Shown: positions 8,511 to 10,803 of the stretch, in pieces
Position numbering within the stretch: the stretch's first letter is position 1
Layout of the letters: the number at the start of each line of letters is the position of its first letter
NCBI RefSeq assembly: GCF_006345805.1
Contig: NW_021827280.1
Coordinates: forward strand, 1-10,803
Direction: 5' to 3'
Length of the DNA stretch: 10,803 bases
Origin: Octopus sinensis
Lineage: Eukaryota
Translations under genes and position numbers: made by a program
The notes under the pieces: generated by a model
The model's input: the letters and a program-made list of their open reading frames with translations, nothing else
What the model was told of the DNA's origin: nothing
The model's database searches: none

Positions 8511-8538
8511 TTAGTATAGCGCTCAGGAATAGAAAAGG

Positions 8539-8576
8539 TCTTTTACGTTTCGAGCCTACGCTCTTCTACAGAAAGA
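8539..8576 (-). ncRNA. Minimal type I hammerhead-ribozyme-like motif, variant core
   Basis: Minus strand TCTTT-CTGTAGA-A-GAGC GTAG GCTC-GAAAC-GTA-AAAGA. It has a 5-bp stem I, a perfect 4-bp stem II with tetraloop, GAAA, an ACGT palindrome and a putative GUA triplet at 8546-8544. Confidence 0.6.
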
Positions 8577-8624
8577 TACACAGAAAAAGCAAGGAGAGAA
8601 AAATAAATATATATATATATATAA

Positions 8625-8990
8625 CGCTTGGGGTGGATTGTAGAGCCCAAGTATTGCTAAATCATTAGTTCTATTACACCCACTTACTGATTCACAATTG
8701 CCATTGGAGAATGAGACATCTGTATATGTACGAAATAAGTCGTGTAGGAAAATAACATCTCCCTTTCTTCTCCCAGTGCGGTCTGTGCGAATGGTGGTGT
8801 AATTCCTCCCTTTTGCTTCTGCTTCAAAGTGAGACTTGTTAAGATGAGTTTCATTAAGAATAAAGAAAGCAACGTGATGAGGGTAGTCGGTAATCACTCT
8901 TGAATGAACTGAACCTTCCATATTTTGAGTTGAAGGATGGACTGATTGATGCCTTGTGCATTCAGCAAAAATGCTGAGATTGCAGTAGGA
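8625..8990 (-). pseudogene. N-terminal fragment of LINE apurinic-like (EEP/APE) endonuclease
   Basis: ISAFLLNAQGI (N-x-x-G motif), a frameshift, then FFILNETHL (ET motif), YTTIRTDRTGRRKGDV (R-x-DR...GGV-like), FSNGNCE and ILGLYNPP (Y-x-PP). Truncated at a (TA)n run. Confidence 0.8.
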
Positions 8991-9905
8991 CTCGAAACTT
9001 ATGACTCATGGCAGCGAGGAGGGTAGTTTCTGCACTAGAATAGTGACAAGGTTGTTGCCGTGTGATATCTCTGGTACTTTTCTGAACCTCTTTTGCAAGG
9101 TTCCGCGTGAATAAAAAAGAATTTACCTGGCTAGAGAGAGTTTGGTGGCTGAAGTTGTGGTTTCACTAACAGTTTTGTCCGTTGTTTGATTTGTCAGTGT
9201 TCTCACCGAATGTTCTCTAGTTTCCCGAGTTGGTGGGAAAATTCGCGCCGAGGCTGTTGATTTTGCCTTTGTTTTTCGCTCTCGCTGTGTGCTTTCTTGT
9301 TACCTGAGTTGTGGAAAAAGTACTGCTGCAACGGGGTATGTTTTTTTTATGGAGATTGGGGGGATGGCTGGAAGTGTTCATTCTGATTGTAGGTCGAGTC
9401 CTGGGGAGATGCGTGGACATATAATCTTGCAGTAGACATAATCCTCAGTGTTAGGAATAGCGGCGGCGTTGGTGCTGTTGTAGCAGGGGTGCTATGGTTG
9501 GCGTTACTTTTAGTAACTGAGCCTCTCGTCCTTGGTAGATGAGTGAAATTGCAGTCACGGTTTGTGCATAGCCTCCTGCACACAACAATGGCAGCATAGT
9601 TTCGGATTTCATTGTAGCTGTGTAGGTGTTTTAAGGGGCAGTGAATTGGGGATAGGTTTAGGTTTAGATTTATTTGGCTTTGATGATAGTGAGACAATGA
9701 CGGTTGGAGAGGGGGAAAAGAGAATGTGTGGTTGAGGTTGGAGAATGGCAGAATTAGTAGCAGTAGAGGTAGTTGAGTTTGGTAGTGTTTGGAAATTCTG
9801 ACGTTTAGCCAGTGGTGATGGGCGAGGGAGGAAGGAGTAGTTGAGATTGGTCAAAGGCAAAGGTAAAAAGAGGTGCTTGAGGCTGATCACTAAAAGAGGT
9901 CATGG
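8625..9905 (-). mobile_element. Decayed 5' portion of a LINE: ORF1 (P/S/T-rich with CCCH-like fingers) plus start of ORF2
   Basis: ORF1-like PKLC...RRLCTNRDCNFTHLPRTRG near 9520-9605, followed by endonuclease motifs at 8625-8990. Many stops and frameshifts. The upstream boundary is approximate. Confidence 0.65.
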
Positions 9906-9911
9906 CAGTGG

Positions 9912-9969
9912 AAGAAGAAGAAAAAGAAGTAGTAGTAGTAGTGTAGTAGTAGTAGTAATATTATTATTA

Positions 9970-10057
<88 letters not shown>

Positions 10058-10110
10058 CAGCAGCAGCAGCAGTAACAGCAGCGACAGTAGCAGCAGTGGT
10101 AGTAGCAAAT
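9912..10110. repeat. Compound trinucleotide microsatellite (AAG)(TAG)(TAT)n(TAG)n(CAG)n
   Basis: Directly visible. It is the source of the poly-L/V/I/Y ORFs. Confidence 0.95.
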
Positions 10111-10368
10111 GGGAGCAGTAATGACGATGTCGATTATGATAGTGGTGAGTTTTTCTTTGTTGTATAGTGATTTATGGTGGCTTAAGCCGCCATATTTCGT
10201 TGTTGCAGTCCTCGTTGCGGCCATTGTCGCTGTTGTGCTTATTATTGTTGTTGTTGCTGCTGCTCATCGCGGGGCTGTGTGGTTGTTGGAAAGTAATTTG
10301 CTTCAGTTCGTTTAGTTCTAGTTTCATTTGGCGGTTGTTAAAAGGTAAACAACTCTTTTGGCTGATTT

Positions 10369-10382
10369 TATATATATGTATA

Positions 10383-10425
<43 letters not shown>

Positions 10426-10452
10426 TATTATATATATATATATTTTATATTA
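10369..10452. repeat. (TA)n microsatellite
   Basis: Directly visible. Confidence 0.95.
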
Positions 10453-10454
10453 TT

Positions 10455-10800
10455 CAGGGACATGAAGGCCTGCAACATCATATTAGCGGTTGGGAGGCAG
10501 TTGCCGGCAACCGTGGGACTGACGACGTACTGTAAGAGGAGGGAACAAAGGAGTGACAGAGAGAGAGAGAGAGAGGAGAATGGAAAGAAAGGAAGAGACG
10601 TCAACAAGAGACTATGGCATTACAACCAGCCAGGACAGTCTTCGCTACATTGCGGTACCTGCCAGAGGGAGTGTTTGTCCAGGATAGGACTACACAGCCA
10701 CAGCAGGAAATGTATCAGGACATGAAATATAAAGCCGGACTAGACTACTTTATGCGCAACTCCATTGTCTCCCGAGACAGAAAGTATGCCCACTAACAAT
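10455..10800 (+). mobile_element. 3' fragment of an RTE-clade (BovB-like) LINE with C-terminal zinc-finger motif
   Basis: Across frameshifts it reads RDMKACNI..SGWEAVAGNR, then CGTCQRECLSRIGLHSHSRKC (10651-10713), the C-x2-C-x-R-x-C-x-SRIGL-x-SH motif of RTE ORF ends. Stop at 10723-10725. 3' UTR hairpin TGTCT-CCCG-AGACA (10766-10779). Confidence 0.88.
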
Positions 10801-10803
10801 ATA

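Larger units (their letters stand above)
8198..8605 (-). mobile_element. Short hammerhead-bearing repeat, copy 2, split by a LINE 3' fragment
   Basis: 8198-8258 and 8511-8605 rejoin to a sequence homologous to 7460-7600. Flanked by (TA)n on both sides. Confidence 0.65.

Noticed and set aside
9841-10535. Hydrophobic, membrane-protein-like ORFs
   Set aside because: Poly-L/V/I/Y runs come from TAT/TAG/TTG/TA repeats.
10455-10726. Direct repeat CAGG(G)ACATGAA at 10455 and 10716
   Set aside because: Both lie within RTE coding sequence and the element continues past the second, so it is not a TSD.

Overview
AT-rich, microsatellite-dense eukaryotic intergenic or intronic DNA with no recognisable host gene. 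The repeat families resemble those I recall from octopus (cephalopod) genomes, but this is from memory and was not searched. The window is a mosaic of transposable elements: (1) two RTE-type LINE 3' ends at the window edges; (2) two tRNA-derived SINEs on the minus strand; (3) a ~1.9 kb 5'-truncated CR1/L2-group LINE with a frameshifted reverse transcriptase and a (TAAC)n tail, plus a near-identical inverted ~250 bp 3' copy; (4) a non-autonomous Mutator-like long-TIR element with a MITE nested in its left TIR (30-bp perfect TIRs, telomere-like repeats); (5) a decayed LINE 5' half (CCCH-type ORF1 plus AP endonuclease N-terminus). The most interesting signal is two oppositely oriented copies of a short element carrying a minimal, Penelope-type hammerhead-ribozyme-like fold whose core reads CUGUNGA instead of CUGANGA in both copies. 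Most ORFs in the supplied track are microsatellite artefacts.
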